A stretch of DNA of 64,000 nucleotides from Bacillales bacterium. GTDB taxonomy: Bacteria; Bacillota_I; Bacilli_A; RFN20; CAG-826. The notes below the pieces were generated by a model. The model worked only from the letters and a program-made list of their open reading frames with translations. It ran no database searches and was not told the origin of the DNA. The stretch's first letter is position 1. The number at the start of each line of letters is the position of its first letter. Of this stretch, positions 10,251-20,702 are shown piece after piece. Location of the stretch: NCBI GenBank assembly GCA_052171195.1, contig JBQMZB010000001.1, forward strand, positions 336,734-400,733, in the 5' to 3' direction. Made by a program: the position numbers and the translations under genes.

Positions 10251-10880
10251 ATGGCAGAAGAAAAGAAAACTACAGCTACTAAAGCTGCAACTTCAAATGA
10301 AGCTAAAGCTCCTAATAAAGGTTGCAAAGAAGCAAAATCACACACTCGTTTATTAGATAAATTTAATAATGAAATTAAAGCTGAATTAGTAAAGAAATTT
10401 GAATATTCAAGTGTTATGCAAGTTCCTCAACTTGAAAAAATCGTTATTAATATTGGTGTTGGTGATGCTACTCAAGATGCAAAAAGACTTGATGAAGCAG
10501 TTGAAGAAATTGCTCTTATCACAGGTCAAAAACCAGTTATTACAAAAGCAAAAAAATCAATTGCTCCATTTAAATTAAGAGAAGGTCAAGCAATTGGATG
10601 TAAAGTTACTTTAAGAGGAATTAGAATGTATGAATTCCTTGATAAATTAATTTCCATTGCACTTCCACGTGTTAGAGACTTCCGTGGTGTTTCAAAAAAT
10701 GCTTTCGACGGTCGTGGAAATTATACATTAGGTATTAAAGAACAACTTATCTTCCCAGAAATTAACTATGATAAAGTTAGTATTGTTCGTGGTATGGATA
10801 TTGTTGTTGTTACAAGTGCAAAGAGTGATGAAGAGGCATTTGCTTTACTTAAAGCATTAGGTATGCCTTTCAGTAAATAA
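10251..10880 (+). CDS. rplE: 50S ribosomal protein L5 (about 30-aa N-terminal extension)
   Basis: The L5 core starts at '[18 protein letters not shown]'. The N-terminal segment is Ala/Thr/Lys-rich. Confidence 0.94.
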   Translation: MAEEKKTTATKAATSNEAKAPNKGCKEAKSHTRLLDKFNNEIKAELVKKFEYSSVMQVPQLEKIVINIGVGDATQDAKRLDEAVEEIALITGQKPVITKAKKSIAPFKLREGQAIGCKVTLRGIRMYEFLDKLISIALPRVRDFRGVSKNAFDGRGNYTLGIKEQLIFPEINYDKVSIVRGMDIVVVTSAKSDEEAFALLKALGMPFSK

Positions 10881-10895
10881 TCAGGAGGAGAGAAT

Positions 10896-11081
10896 ATGGC
10901 AAAGAAAAGTTTAATCGCAAAAGCTAATAGAGAACCTAAGTTCTCAACCAGAGCCTATACACGTTGCAAAAGATGTGGACGTCCTCATGGTGTTTACAAA
11001 AAATTCGGGCTTTGCAGAATATGTTTAAGAGAACTCGCTTATAAAGGTGAGATTCCAGGAATGAAGAAATCTTCATGGTAG
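10896..11081 (+). CDS. rpsN: 30S ribosomal protein S14 type Z (zinc-binding, 61 aa)
   Basis: '[23 protein letters not shown]' is the C4 zinc-ribbon S14Z. Confidence 0.95.
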   Translation: MAKKSLIAKANREPKFSTRAYTRCKRCGRPHGVYKKFGLCRICLRELAYKGEIPGMKKSSW

Positions 11082-11100
11082 AAATAGGAGGTATGAATAT

Positions 11101-11496
11101 ATGCATCAAGATCCAATAGCCGATATGCTTACAAGAATTAGAAATGCTAATGCTATCCATAAAGATAGTGTTTCCATCCCTTCTAGTAAAATTAAAGTCG
11201 GAATCGCTAAAATTCTTTTAAGCGAAGGTTACATTAAAAATTATATTGAAGAAAATAACAATGGACTTAAGTCTTTAACTGTCGAATTAAAATATGGTCC
11301 AAACGGTGAAAGAGTTATTTCTAACTTAAAACGTATCTCTAAACCTGGTTTAAGAGTTACAACTGATAGCAAAAATATTCCAAGTGTTCTTAACGGATTA
11401 GGTATCGCTATCATCTCTACAAGTAAAGGACTTTTAACTGATAAAGCCTGCCGTGCTAATAATGTCGGCGGTGAAGTTATCTGTTATGTTTGGTAG
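11101..11496 (+). CDS. rpsH: 30S ribosomal protein S8
   Basis: '[14 protein letters not shown]' signature. Confidence 0.96.
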   Translation: MHQDPIADMLTRIRNANAIHKDSVSIPSSKIKVGIAKILLSEGYIKNYIEENNNGLKSLTVELKYGPNGERVISNLKRISKPGLRVTTDSKNIPSVLNGLGIAIISTSKGLLTDKACRANNVGGEVICYVW

Positions 11497-11507
11497 GAGG
11501 AAAGTAA

Positions 11508-12053
11508 ATGTCACGTATTGGTAATAAAATTATTAATATTCCTGAAGGCGTTACAGTCACTATCAATCCTGATAACGTTGTCATTAAAGGAAAAACAGAA
11601 CAAGACGTTGTAAGTTATGATCCAACTATTATTAGTTTAGATTTACAAGAAAATGTCTTAAAAGTTTTAAGAAAAAATGAAGAAAAACATACAAAGCAAT
11701 TACATGGAACTACAAGAGCATTAATTAATAACGCTATTGTAGGTGTTAGTAAAGGCTTTACCAAAGAATTAGAAATTATTGGTATTGGTTACAACGCACA
11801 ACTTAAAGGAAAAGATTTAGTACTTCATGTTGGTTATTCCCATCCGATTGTTATTACTCCTTTAGATGGAGTTACAATTACTCTTAAAGATCCAACTCAT
11901 GTTACCGTTACTGGTTCATCAAAATTCAAAGTTGGTCAAGTTGCAGCATTAATCAGAGCTAGTAGAAAACCTGAACCATATCAAGGAAAAGGTATTAAAT
12001 ATAAAGAAGAAGTTATCCTCCGTAAAGAAGGAAAACGTGCTGGTTCTAAATAG
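11508..12053 (+). CDS. rplF: 50S ribosomal protein L6
   Basis: 181 aa, 'MSRIGNKIINIPEGV' L6 start. Confidence 0.95.
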   Translation: MSRIGNKIINIPEGVTVTINPDNVVIKGKTEQDVVSYDPTIISLDLQENVLKVLRKNEEKHTKQLHGTTRALINNAIVGVSKGFTKELEIIGIGYNAQLKGKDLVLHVGYSHPIVITPLDGVTITLKDPTHVTVTGSSKFKVGQVAALIRASRKPEPYQGKGIKYKEEVILRKEGKRAGSK

Positions 12054-12070
12054 GAAAGGAGAAATGAGGT

Positions 12071-12427
12071 ATGATTAAGATAATAAGTAAAAACGTAGTC
12101 CGTTTAAGAAAACATCTTCGTGTTCGTGCTAAAATCTCCGGTACTGAATCAAAACCAAGATTAAATGTTTTCAGAAGTAACACTAATATTTACGCTCAAG
12201 TTATTGATGATGTTAAAGGAGTTACATTAGCAAGTAGTTCTAGTAAAGAACTTAAATTAACTAATGGCAACAATATTGAAGGTGCTAAATTAGTTGGTTT
12301 AGACATTGCAAAAAAATGTCTTGCAAAAAATATTGACACTGTTGTCTTTGATCGTGGTGGTTATGTTTATCACGGTCGTGTCAAAGCTTTAGCTGAAGCA
12401 GCCCGTGAAGGTGGCTTAAAATTCTAA
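12071..12427 (+). CDS. rplR: 50S ribosomal protein L18
   Basis: '[26 protein letters not shown]' is typical of L18. Confidence 0.95.
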   Translation: MIKIISKNVVRLRKHLRVRAKISGTESKPRLNVFRSNTNIYAQVIDDVKGVTLASSSSKELKLTNGNNIEGAKLVGLDIAKKCLAKNIDTVVFDRGGYVYHGRVKALAEAAREGGLKF

Positions 12428-12437
12428 GGAGATCGGT

Positions 12438-13088
12438 ATGGAAATTGAAAATTTAAATGAAAATGTTGTAAACGAAGAAGAAGTTGAAAACACAAATTCT
12501 GAAGAACAAAGCAACAAAGAAACCGAAACCGAAAATAAAAACTTCAAAAATAAAAGAAGATTAAATAAAAGACAATTTAATCGTAGAAAAACCGAAGTAA
12601 AAGAATTTGAAGAAAGAGTTGTTAACATTAATCGTGTCACCAAAGTTGTTAAAGGTGGTAAGAGAATGAAATTTAGCGCTCTTGTTGTTATTGGTGACTA
12701 TAAAGGTCGTTACGGATTTGGAATGAGAAAATCAGGCGAAGTCCCAGACGCAATTAAAAAATCAGTTGATCACTCAAAACACAACTTATATAAAGTTAAT
12801 CTTGTTGGTGCTAGCTCTATCGCTCACGAAGTTGTTGGTAAATTTGGAGGAAGTAAAGTATTCTTAAAACCTGCTCCAGAAGGTACCGGAATTATTGCCG
12901 GTGGTCCAGTTCGTGCCGTTTTAGAATTATGCGGTGTCCGTAATGTTTATTCAAAAGTTTATGGTTCCAGAACTTCTATCAATGTTATTAGAGCAACCCA
13001 CGATGCATTAAGCCAACTTAAAAACTATAGAAATGTTCAAAAATTAAGAGGTCTTAATAGTGATGGAGGTAATGAAGATGTTAAATAA
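12438..13088 (+). CDS. rpsE: 30S ribosomal protein S5 with roughly 55-aa acidic N-terminal extension
   Basis: The S5 core is '[29 protein letters not shown]'. The N-terminal part is E/N/K-rich low complexity. Confidence 0.93.
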   Translation: MEIENLNENVVNEEEVENTNSEEQSNKETETENKNFKNKRRLNKRQFNRRKTEVKEFEERVVNINRVTKVVKGGKRMKFSALVVIGDYKGRYGFGMRKSGEVPDAIKKSVDHSKHNLYKVNLVGASSIAHEVVGKFGGSKVFLKPAPEGTGIIAGGPVRAVLELCGVRNVYSKVYGSRTSINVIRATHDALSQLKNYRNVQKLRGLNSDGGNEDVK

Positions 13089-13524
13089 TCTTAAACCTAC
13101 AATAGGTAGCCGTAAAGAACATGTAAGACGTTGCCGTGGAGAAGGTAGTGGTCTTGGTAAAAATGGTGGTACTGGTCACAAAGGTCAAAACTCTAGAAGT
13201 GGCGGAGGTGTCAAATTAGGTTTTGAAGGTGGACAATTACCATTACTTAGAAGACTTCCAAAACGTGGCAGTGGTTTTAAAAATAAATGTCACAAATTAT
13301 ACGCTATCGTAAGCTTAGACCAATTAGAAGCAAGATATAACGATGGAGAAGTTGTTGATACTACTTCTTTAATCGAAAAAAATCTTATTAAAAAGGAATT
13401 ATACGGTACAAAAATTTTAGATGGTAAACTCACAAAGAAATTAACCATCAAAGCTAATAAATTTAGTCAATCTGCTTTAGAAACAATTAAAAAAGCAGGT
13501 AGTGTTGCAGAAATAGTTGAGTAA
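13078..13524 (+). CDS. rplO: 50S ribosomal protein L15 (it follows rpsE directly, with no rpmD/L30 between)
   Basis: '[18 protein letters not shown]' is the canonical L15 start, and a GGAGG SD lies 9 nt upstream of the ATG at 13078. The listed ORF start at 13060 is a frame run-on that overlaps rpsE. Confidence 0.92.
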   Translation: MLNNLKPTIGSRKEHVRRCRGEGSGLGKNGGTGHKGQNSRSGGGVKLGFEGGQLPLLRRLPKRGSGFKNKCHKLYAIVSLDQLEARYNDGEVVDTTSLIEKNLIKKELYGTKILDGKLTKKLTIKANKFSQSALETIKKAGSVAEIVE

Positions 13525-13563
13525 TTTTTCTAAAACATTTATATTTATTGGTAGGTAATATTA

Positions 13564-14910
13564 ATGAAAAAGTTTATTGAAGTATTTAAAAACAAAGAAG
13601 TTGTTAATCGTATTTTCTTTACGATAATGATTTTATTTGTTTTTAGAATTGGAGCTGCAATTACAGTACCAGGAATTGATGTAAGTAACCTAAGTAAAGA
13701 ATTAAATAATAGTAATAACATACTAAGTTTAATGAATTTGCTTGGTGGTGGTGCTTTATCAAATTTCTCTGTCTTTGCTTTAGGTGTTTCACCATATATT
13801 ACAGCTCAAATTATTGTCCAACTTCTAGGAATGGATGTTCTTCCTGCTTTAACTGAACTTAACAAGCAAGGTCAATATGGAAGAAAAAAGATTGAAATGG
13901 CCACACGTTATTTAACTTTATTGCTTGGTGGCGTTCAAGCTTATGGAATTATCCAAACTGCTAAAAATGTTAGTTGGATTAAAATTGTCTTCAACGAAAG
14001 TTTCTTAACATATGCTTATATAATTACAGTCTTAATGGCTGGTACAATGCTAGTTATGTGGTTAGGTGATCAAATTACTAGTAAAGGTATTGGTAATGGT
14101 ATCTCAATTATTATTTTCGCAGGTATCGTATCTTCTTTACCTAACCAAATTACTACAGCATTTAGAAAATGGATTGTTGCTAGCTGGAACTTAGGTTCTA
14201 ATGAAGCAAGTTTAGGTGTATTTAGGTTTATCCTTTATATAGCTGCGCTTATTTCTATTATTGCGTTTGTCGCATTTATAGAACTTAGTAAAAGAAAAAT
14301 TCCTGTACAACACGCTTCAAGAAGTGGTGGCAGTGAAAAAATGAATAAAGCTAGTTTCTTACCAATCAAAGTTAACTCTGCTGGAGTTATCCCTGTAATC
14401 TTTGCAGGGTCATTAATGACTGCACCAAGTATTATTGCTTCATTTATAGGTAAAGAAGCTTTAGAAGCGAAATGGTTAGATGTGTTCGCTTATTCAAAAT
14501 TAGTCGATATGGGAAATAACATTAAAATACCATGGGGACTTATTATTTATTTAGTTTTAATATTCTCATTCTCTTTCTTTTACGCCAATCTTCAAATTAA
14601 TCCTGAAAGAATGGCTGAAGATTTTAAAAAGAATGGAAGTTATATTCCAGGGATTAGACCTGGTGTAGAAACTGAAAGATATATTAGAAAAATTTTAAAT
14701 CGTGTTACATTAATTGGTAGTCTTTCACTTTGTTTTATAAGTGCATTGCCAGTTGTTCTAACTTTGACTGGAATTTTTGGCCAAGATGCTTCCTTAGCAA
14801 TTGGTGGTACCGGTCTTATAATCGTTGTTGGTGTTACCTTAGAAATTAATAACCAAATCAATGGATTAATTGCAGGTAAATCATATGATGAAGTAATTGG
14901 AGGTATGTAA
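13564..14910 (+). CDS. secY: Preprotein translocase subunit SecY
   Basis: 448 aa polytopic membrane protein in the conserved position after rplO, with SecY motifs (GI.PYIT.QI). Confidence 0.95.
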   Translation: MKKFIEVFKNKEVVNRIFFTIMILFVFRIGAAITVPGIDVSNLSKELNNSNNILSLMNLLGGGALSNFSVFALGVSPYITAQIIVQLLGMDVLPALTELNKQGQYGRKKIEMATRYLTLLLGGVQAYGIIQTAKNVSWIKIVFNESFLTYAYIITVLMAGTMLVMWLGDQITSKGIGNGISIIIFAGIVSSLPNQITTAFRKWIVASWNLGSNEASLGVFRFILYIAALISIIAFVAFIELSKRKIPVQHASRSGGSEKMNKASFLPIKVNSAGVIPVIFAGSLMTAPSIIASFIGKEALEAKWLDVFAYSKLVDMGNNIKIPWGLIIYLVLIFSFSFFYANLQINPERMAEDFKKNGSYIPGIRPGVETERYIRKILNRVTLIGSLSLCFISALPVVLTLTGIFGQDASLAIGGTGLIIVVGVTLEINNQINGLIAGKSYDEVIGGM

Positions 14911-14912
14911 TC

Positions 14913-15563
14913 ATGTTTAAGTCAATTATTCTTTTAGGGGCTCCTGGAGCTGGTAAAGGAACAAACGCAAAAAGAATTAGTAAACTTTATAATATTCCTC
15001 ATATTTCTACTGGAGATATGTTTAGAGAAGCTATAAAGAATAATACTGATCTTGGAAAGAAAGCTAGTGAGTATATGCAACAAGGACTACTAGTCCCTGA
15101 TGAAATTACTATTGGCTTAGTTGAAGAAAGATTACAAAAAGATGATTGTAAAGATGGATTTTTATTAGATGGTTTTCCTCGTACAATTAAACAAGCTGAA
15201 AGATTAAAAGAAATTGGAAATAAAATAAATCGTCCAATTAAGTATGTAATAAATATCGAAGTCCCAGAAGAAGTCTTGAAAGATAGAATCTGCGGTCGTA
15301 GAGTTTGTAAACAATGTGGTGCTCCATACCATGTTGTTAATATGAAACCAAAGGTTGATGGTGTTTGTGACCTTTGTAAAGGAGAACTTATTCAACGTAA
15401 AGATGATAATGAAGAAGCTCTCAAAGTTCGTTTAAGTGAATATCATAATCAAACCGAACCATTAATTAAATTTTATGATAATGAAAAAATTCTTTATCAT
15501 GTAAATGGAACAATTGGTTTAGATGTTTTACTAGACGAAGTTAATAAAATTACTAAGGAGTAA
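14913..15563 (+). CDS. adk: Adenylate kinase (zinc-lid type)
   Basis: 'GAPGAGKGT' P-loop and 'CGRRVCKQCGAPYH...CDLC' zinc lid. Confidence 0.95.
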   Translation: MFKSIILLGAPGAGKGTNAKRISKLYNIPHISTGDMFREAIKNNTDLGKKASEYMQQGLLVPDEITIGLVEERLQKDDCKDGFLLDGFPRTIKQAERLKEIGNKINRPIKYVINIEVPEEVLKDRICGRRVCKQCGAPYHVVNMKPKVDGVCDLCKGELIQRKDDNEEALKVRLSEYHNQTEPLIKFYDNEKILYHVNGTIGLDVLLDEVNKITKE

Positions 15564-15565
15564 TA

Positions 15566-16336
15566 ATGATAATTATCAAGTCAAATCGTGAAATTAATTT
15601 AATGAAAGAATCTGGTCAAGTCTTAATAGGCTTATTTGATCTATTAGAAAAAAATACTTTACCAGGTAAAAGCACAAAAGAACTTGATAGCATAGCTAGA
15701 AGTTACATTATCTCAAAAGGTGGTGTACCTTCTAGTTATCATTATGAGGGATTTCCTGGTAATATATGTATATCAGTAAATGACGCCTTAATACATGGAG
15801 TTCCAAGTAAAGATATCATTTTAAAGGAAGGTGATATTGTTAGTTATGATTGCATGTGTACAAAAAATGGTTATGTTGCTGATGCTTGTCGTACCTTCCC
15901 AGTTGGTAAGATAAGTGATGAAGCTCAAAGAATAATTGATGTTACAAAAAAATGTTTTTTTGAAGCTGTCAAAGAAGTAAAACCTGGGGTACATCTTGGT
16001 AAAATCGGTAATATTATTTCTAAAATTGCTGAAGAAAATGGATATAGTGTTACTAAAGAATATGGCGGCCATGGTGTTGGTAAAGAAGTACATGAAGATC
16101 CGTTTGTTTATAACTACGGAGAAGAAAATGATGGTCCAATTCTTAAAAAAGGAATGACTATCGCTATTGAACCAATGCTAAATCAAGGAAGTGTTGAATT
16201 ATACACTTTAGATGATGAATGGACTGTTAAAACTAAAGATGGAAAATTATCATGTCACTACGAAAATACGGTTGTAGTAACTGATGATGGTTATGAGATT
16301 ATTACTCTTAAAAAAGGAGAAGAATTAAATGGCTAA
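15566..16336 (+). CDS. map: Methionine aminopeptidase type I
   Basis: 256 aa, '[15 protein letters not shown]' metal-binding region. Confidence 0.93.
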   Translation: MIIIKSNREINLMKESGQVLIGLFDLLEKNTLPGKSTKELDSIARSYIISKGGVPSSYHYEGFPGNICISVNDALIHGVPSKDIILKEGDIVSYDCMCTKNGYVADACRTFPVGKISDEAQRIIDVTKKCFFEAVKEVKPGVHLGKIGNIISKIAEENGYSVTKEYGGHGVGKEVHEDPFVYNYGEENDGPILKKGMTIAIEPMLNQGSVELYTLDDEWTVKTKDGKLSCHYENTVVVTDDGYEIITLKKGEELNG

Positions 16337-16547
16337 ACAAGATGTAATTACCGTCGAGGCAGAAGTAGTTGAAAGTTTACCTAATTGTAATTTCAAGGTA
16401 AAATTAGAAAATGATGTAGTAATTCACGCCACTGTTTCTGGTAAAATCCGTATGCATTACATTCGCATTTTACCAGGTGATAGAGTTACTGTTGAACTTT
16501 CGCCTTATGATTTAAACAATGGCAGAATTGTGTTTCGACACAAATAG
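16329..16547 (+). CDS. infA: Translation initiation factor IF-1
   Basis: 72 aa S1-like, '[19 protein letters not shown]'. Confidence 0.95.
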   Translation: MAKQDVITVEAEVVESLPNCNFKVKLENDVVIHATVSGKIRMHYIRILPGDRVTVELSPYDLNNGRIVFRHK

Positions 16548-16565
16548 TCTAAAAGGAGAAAATTT

Positions 16566-16679
16566 ATGAAAGTTAGACCATCCGTAAAGCCTATGTGCGA
16601 TAAATGCAAAATTATCAAAAGACACGGTGTTGTTATGGTAATTTGTTCAAATCCAAAACACAAACAAAGACAAGGCTAA
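16566..16679 (+). CDS. rpmJ: 50S ribosomal protein L36 (37 aa, absent from the ORF track)
   Basis: Translates to '[37 protein letters not shown]' with the C-x2-C-x12-C-x4-H zinc ribbon. AGGAGA SD. Confidence 0.93.
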   Translation: MKVRPSVKPMCDKCKIIKRHGVVMVICSNPKHKQRQG

Positions 16680-16699
16680 TCAGAAAGGAATTATTAAAT

Positions 16700-17074
16700 A
16701 TGGCACGTTTAGTAGGTGTAGACATACCTAATGAAAAAGTTGTTTCAGTATCGCTTACATATATCTATGGAATTGGTGATACCTTAGCTAAAAAAATTTG
16801 TGAAACCGCTAATGTTAACCCATTAACTAGAGTTAAAGATTTAACTGAAGAAGAAATTGCTGCTATCAGAAAAGCAATTGGTAATTATAAAGTTGAAGGT
16901 GATTTAAGACGTGAGCAAATGCTCAATATTAAAAGATTACAAGAAATCGGTTGTTATCGTGGAATAAGACATAGAAGAGGACTCCCAGTCCGTGGTCAAC
17001 GTAGCAAAACTAACGCTCGTACAAGAAAAGGTCCACGTAAAACTATTGCTAACAAGAAGGAAGCTTCTAAGTAG
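16700..17074 (+). CDS. rpsM: 30S ribosomal protein S13
   Basis: The true start is '[13 protein letters not shown]' at 16700, preceded by an AGGAA SD. The listed ORF start at 16604 is a read-through of the rpmJ 3' end. Confidence 0.94.
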   Translation: MARLVGVDIPNEKVVSVSLTYIYGIGDTLAKKICETANVNPLTRVKDLTEEEIAAIRKAIGNYKVEGDLRREQMLNIKRLQEIGCYRGIRHRRGLPVRGQRSKTNARTRKGPRKTIANKKEASK

Positions 17075-17086
17075 GAGGGTGAGAAA

Positions 17087-17476
17087 ATGGCAAAAAAATT
17101 AACTACCCGTAAGAAAAAAATTAAAAGAAGTTATAGTGAAGGTGTTGCACATATTCACGCAACTTTCAATAACACAATCGTCACAATTACTGACAAACAA
17201 GGTAATGTAATTGCTTGGAGTAGTACAGGTGTTTTAGGATTTAAAGGTGCTAAAAAATCTACTCCATTCGCAGCTCAAATGGCTGCTGAAGCTGCTGGAA
17301 AAAGTGCTTTTGAACAAGGTATTAAAACAGTTGATGTCGATGTCAAAGGCCCAGGAGCTGGTAGAGAAAGTGCAATCAGAGCTTTAACTAATGTTGGATT
17401 ACAAGTTACTTCAATTATTGATACAACACCAGTCCCACATAATGGTTGCCGTCCACCAAAGAGACCAAGAGGTTAG
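17087..17476 (+). CDS. rpsK: 30S ribosomal protein S11
   Basis: 129 aa, '[18 protein letters not shown]'. Confidence 0.95.
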   Translation: MAKKLTTRKKKIKRSYSEGVAHIHATFNNTIVTITDKQGNVIAWSSTGVLGFKGAKKSTPFAAQMAAEAAGKSAFEQGIKTVDVDVKGPGAGRESAIRALTNVGLQVTSIIDTTPVPHNGCRPPKRPRG

Positions 17477-17488
17477 GAAGGGGTAATT

Positions 17489-18469
17489 ATGGCAGAGAAC
17501 GAAATTAAAATAGCTCATCCATTCCAAGAATGTAATTTTAAATTATTAGTAGATGGAACAGATGATAATTATGCAAAAATTAGTGCTGATCCTTTAGATA
17601 AAGGTTTTGGCATTACTTTAGGAAATGCTTTAAGAAGAGTTCTCCTTAGCGCATTACCTGGAAGCTCAGTTTACGCTGTCGAAGTTGAAGGTGCTGTTCA
17701 TGAATTTACAGCATTAGAAGGAATCGAAGAAGATTTACCTCAAATTATTCTTAATTTAAAAGATTTAGTTTTAAAAAGCGACACTATTGGTGAAGCTGAA
17801 TATGAAATAAAAGTTGATGTTAAAGGTAGTAAGGTTTTAACAGCAGGTGATTTAGAATGTCCAACCGGATTAGAAGTTGTTAATAAAGATTTAGTTATTT
17901 GTAATATTGTAGATGGTGGTCATTTAAAAATGAGAATTTATGTTCGTAATGGACGTGGATTTGCAACTAGTGAAGAAAATAAAATGTATGATTTACCTGT
18001 TAATGTTATCGCAACCGATAGTAATTACTCCCCAATTGAAAGAGTTAATTTCAAAGTTGAAGGAACTCGTGTTGGACATGATTCACGTTACGATAAATTA
18101 ATTCTTGAAGTTTGGACTAATGGTTCAATTTCACCAGTTGATGCTGTTGCTTTAGCTACAAAAATATTGATTAATTACTTAAATAATTTCTTAAATTTAA
18201 ACGCTAGCTTCAATAATTTAGATTTAATTAAAGATCCTGAAGAAAAAGAAGAAGATACATTTGAAAATCTTCCAATAGAAGACTTAGATTTATCTGTTAG
18301 AAGTTCAAATTGTTTAAAACGTACTGGAATCACTAATGTTGCTGAATTAATTGAAAAAACTGAAGCTGAAATGATGAAAGTTCGTAATTTAGGTAAAAAA
18401 TCATTAAAAGAAGTAAAAGAAAAACTCTCAAGTATGGGTTTATCGTTTAAAGATAGTAAGGAGGATTAA
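17489..18469 (+). CDS. rpoA: DNA-directed RNA polymerase alpha subunit
   Basis: 326 aa with NTD motifs and a C-terminal alphaCTD 'SVRSSNCLKRTGI'. Confidence 0.95.
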   Translation: MAENEIKIAHPFQECNFKLLVDGTDDNYAKISADPLDKGFGITLGNALRRVLLSALPGSSVYAVEVEGAVHEFTALEGIEEDLPQIILNLKDLVLKSDTIGEAEYEIKVDVKGSKVLTAGDLECPTGLEVVNKDLVICNIVDGGHLKMRIYVRNGRGFATSEENKMYDLPVNVIATDSNYSPIERVNFKVEGTRVGHDSRYDKLILEVWTNGSISPVDAVALATKILINYLNNFLNLNASFNNLDLIKDPEEKEEDTFENLPIEDLDLSVRSSNCLKRTGITNVAELIEKTEAEMMKVRNLGKKSLKEVKEKLSSMGLSFKDSKED

Positions 18470-18472
18470 ACG

Positions 18473-18868
18473 ATGCAAATCGGAAGAAAAAATGTTCATG
18501 GTAAAGGTGGCGTCAGATTTAAGACTCCATATACCGCAAGTAAGAAAAAAGCTCAAGTTCGTAATTTAGTTACTGAATTAATTATTTTTGAAAAAGTTAC
18601 TGTTACCAAAGGAATGGTTAAAGATGTTGTTAAATCATTTGACCATTTAATTACCTTAGCTAAAAGAGGTGATTTACACAGTAGAAGATTAGCTGCAGCT
18701 GTTGTCAAAGATTATAAAGTTGAAGGTCAACTTGATCCAATTGTAAAATTATTTGATACCTTAGCTAAACAATTCGAAAGCCGTAATGGTGGCTACCTTA
18801 GAGTTTTAAAACTTGAAAACAGAAAAGGCGATAATGCTCCTGTCTGTATGCTTGTTTACTCAAAATAA
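18473..18868 (+). CDS. rplQ: 50S ribosomal protein L17
   Basis: 131 aa and 'GDLHSRRLAAAVV'. It is the last gene of the alpha operon. Confidence 0.94.
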   Translation: MQIGRKNVHGKGGVRFKTPYTASKKKAQVRNLVTELIIFEKVTVTKGMVKDVVKSFDHLITLAKRGDLHSRRLAAAVVKDYKVEGQLDPIVKLFDTLAKQFESRNGGYLRVLKLENRKGDNAPVCMLVYSK

Positions 18869-18883
18869 TTTAACTTATAAGAT

Positions 18884-18912
18884 AAGGACAAATTAAAATT
18901 TGTCCTTTTTTA
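18884..18912 (+). terminator. Rho-independent terminator of the alpha operon
   Basis: The AAGGACAAA-ttaaaa-TTTGTCCTT hairpin is followed by a T-run. Confidence 0.85.
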
Positions 18913-19013
18913 TATTAATTATATTTAGATTATATTTTCTTTTTTAAGCATATCATTATAAATTAATTTTATTTTAGATATAATATAAACGGTAAAAGAA
19001 AAGGAGATTTGTT

Positions 19014-19976
19014 ATGAACATGGATCATAGAAAAGTTGTTATTATAGGAGATGGAGCTGTTGGTTCAACAATTGCCTATACTTTATTAATGCAATCTTAT
19101 ATAAATGAAATAAATATTATTGATTTAAATAAAAATAAAGTTGAAGGTGATGTTTTAGACATGAATCAAGGAATGTCTTTTGTTACAAATAAAATTATTA
19201 AAAGTGGTGAATATGATGATATTAAGGATGCAGATATTGTTATTATCACAGCAGGCGCTGCTCAAAAAGAAGGTGAAACTAGATTAGATTTATTAAATAA
19301 AAATATTAATATTTTTAAATCAATCTTAGATAATGTTAAACCTAATTTAAATGATGATGCCATTGTTTTAGTGGTATCTAATCCTGTTGATATACTTAGT
19401 TATTTTACATATCAATATCTTGGTATTGAATCAAATAGAGTTATTGGAAGTGGTACTGTTTTAGATTCTTCTAGATTAAAAGTTTTATTAAGTGAAGAAA
19501 CTAAAATTGATGCAAGAAATATTCACGCATATGTTATTGGTGAACATGGAGATAGTGAAGTTATGGCTTTCAGTGCTTCTACAATTGGAGGTATTCCAGT
19601 TTTAGATTATTGTTCAACTTGCACGGATTGCGCTAATAAACATTTAAAACATTTAGATAGTATTTCAAAGAAAGTAAGAGAAGCTGCCTATGAAATTATT
19701 GCTAAAAAAGGAGCTACATTCTACGCTATTGGATTATCAGTAGAGAGAATAGTAGATACTATTTTAAATAATACACATTCAGTTTTAACTGTATCAAGTT
19801 ATATTGAATCTGAATTAAATGATAAAATTAGTGATGTTTATATCTCACTACCATGTGTTGTTGGTAGAAGTGGTATTGAAAAAAGATTAAAAGTTAATTA
19901 CAGTCTTGATGAAGGTTTAAAATTGATAGAATCTGCTAAAAAACTTAAAAATACTTTCAAGGATTTAAATTTATAA
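19014..19976 (+). CDS. ldh: L-lactate dehydrogenase
   Basis: 'VVIIGDGAVGST' Rossmann fold, 'IGEHGDSE' catalytic His loop and 'VSNPVDIL'. AAAGGAGA SD. Confidence 0.88.
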   Translation: MNMDHRKVVIIGDGAVGSTIAYTLLMQSYINEINIIDLNKNKVEGDVLDMNQGMSFVTNKIIKSGEYDDIKDADIVIITAGAAQKEGETRLDLLNKNINIFKSILDNVKPNLNDDAIVLVVSNPVDILSYFTYQYLGIESNRVIGSGTVLDSSRLKVLLSEETKIDARNIHAYVIGEHGDSEVMAFSASTIGGIPVLDYCSTCTDCANKHLKHLDSISKKVREAAYEIIAKKGATFYAIGLSVERIVDTILNNTHSVLTVSSYIESELNDKISDVYISLPCVVGRSGIEKRLKVNYSLDEGLKLIESAKKLKNTFKDLNL

Positions 19977-19979
19977 CCT

Positions 19980-20627
19980 ATGTCTTTTGATAATGGTAAA
20001 TTTATATTTTTTGATTTAGATGGAACTTTAATTAATACTTTAAAAGGTATTACTGTTGCCTTAAATAACACTCTTAATTATTTTAATTATCCATTTACAT
20101 ACGAATATGATGAAGTAAAAAACTTTCTAGGACATGGTGCTAGATATCTCTACATGAGTGCAACAAAAAAAGATTTTTTGGATGAAGATGAGTATATATA
20201 TTTCTCTAAAGAATATTCTATAAATCAAAATCTAAGTGAAGTTTTTGAAGGAGTTATAGACGGTTTAAAAATACTTCAATCAAAAGGCTTTAAATTATTC
20301 ATATATTCAAATAAACCAGATAACTTATTACAAGACATTTGTAAAGAAAAATTAGATGAAATAAAATTTGTAAAAATCCAAGGAAATATTAAAGAATATC
20401 CAGTTAAACCAGATCCAACATTGTTAAATAAAATAATTAATGATTATTCTTTAAATAAAGAAAATGGTTATTATGTTGGAGATAGTGAAGTAGATTTATT
20501 GCTTTCTAGAAATTGTGGATTAAAATCAATATTAGTCTTATTTGGATTTGGTAATTATGAAACGATAAATTTAAATGATGCTTATAAAACAGTAAATAAA
20601 TTTGAAGAGATATTAGAAATTGTCTAA
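19980..20627 (+). CDS. HAD-superfamily hydrolase (phosphatase, PGP-like)
   Basis: 'FFDLDGTLINT' motif I and a 'YVGDSEVDLL' motif. Confidence 0.6.
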   Translation: MSFDNGKFIFFDLDGTLINTLKGITVALNNTLNYFNYPFTYEYDEVKNFLGHGARYLYMSATKKDFLDEDEYIYFSKEYSINQNLSEVFEGVIDGLKILQSKGFKLFIYSNKPDNLLQDICKEKLDEIKFVKIQGNIKEYPVKPDPTLLNKIINDYSLNKENGYYVGDSEVDLLLSRNCGLKSILVLFGFGNYETINLNDAYKTVNKFEEILEIV

Positions 20628-20702
20628 TATCTTTTTTATTTTTATATTAAATTAAGTATTATTAATGATATTTAAAATTTTAATAGTTATAATATTATAA
20701 AT

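Noticed and set aside
9332-16093. Antisense ORFs 9332..9544-, 10936..11160-, 12416..12643-, 14640..14861-, 15204..15395-, 15821..16093-
   Set aside because: All lie within the r-protein, secY, adk or map coding sequences on the opposite strand and are most likely spurious.
13060-16699. Extended N-termini of the rplO ORF (13060) and the rpsM ORF (16604 '[10 protein letters not shown]...')
   Set aside because: These are frame run-ons across the upstream gene (rpsE, rpmJ). The canonical starts with an SD are at 13078 and 16700.
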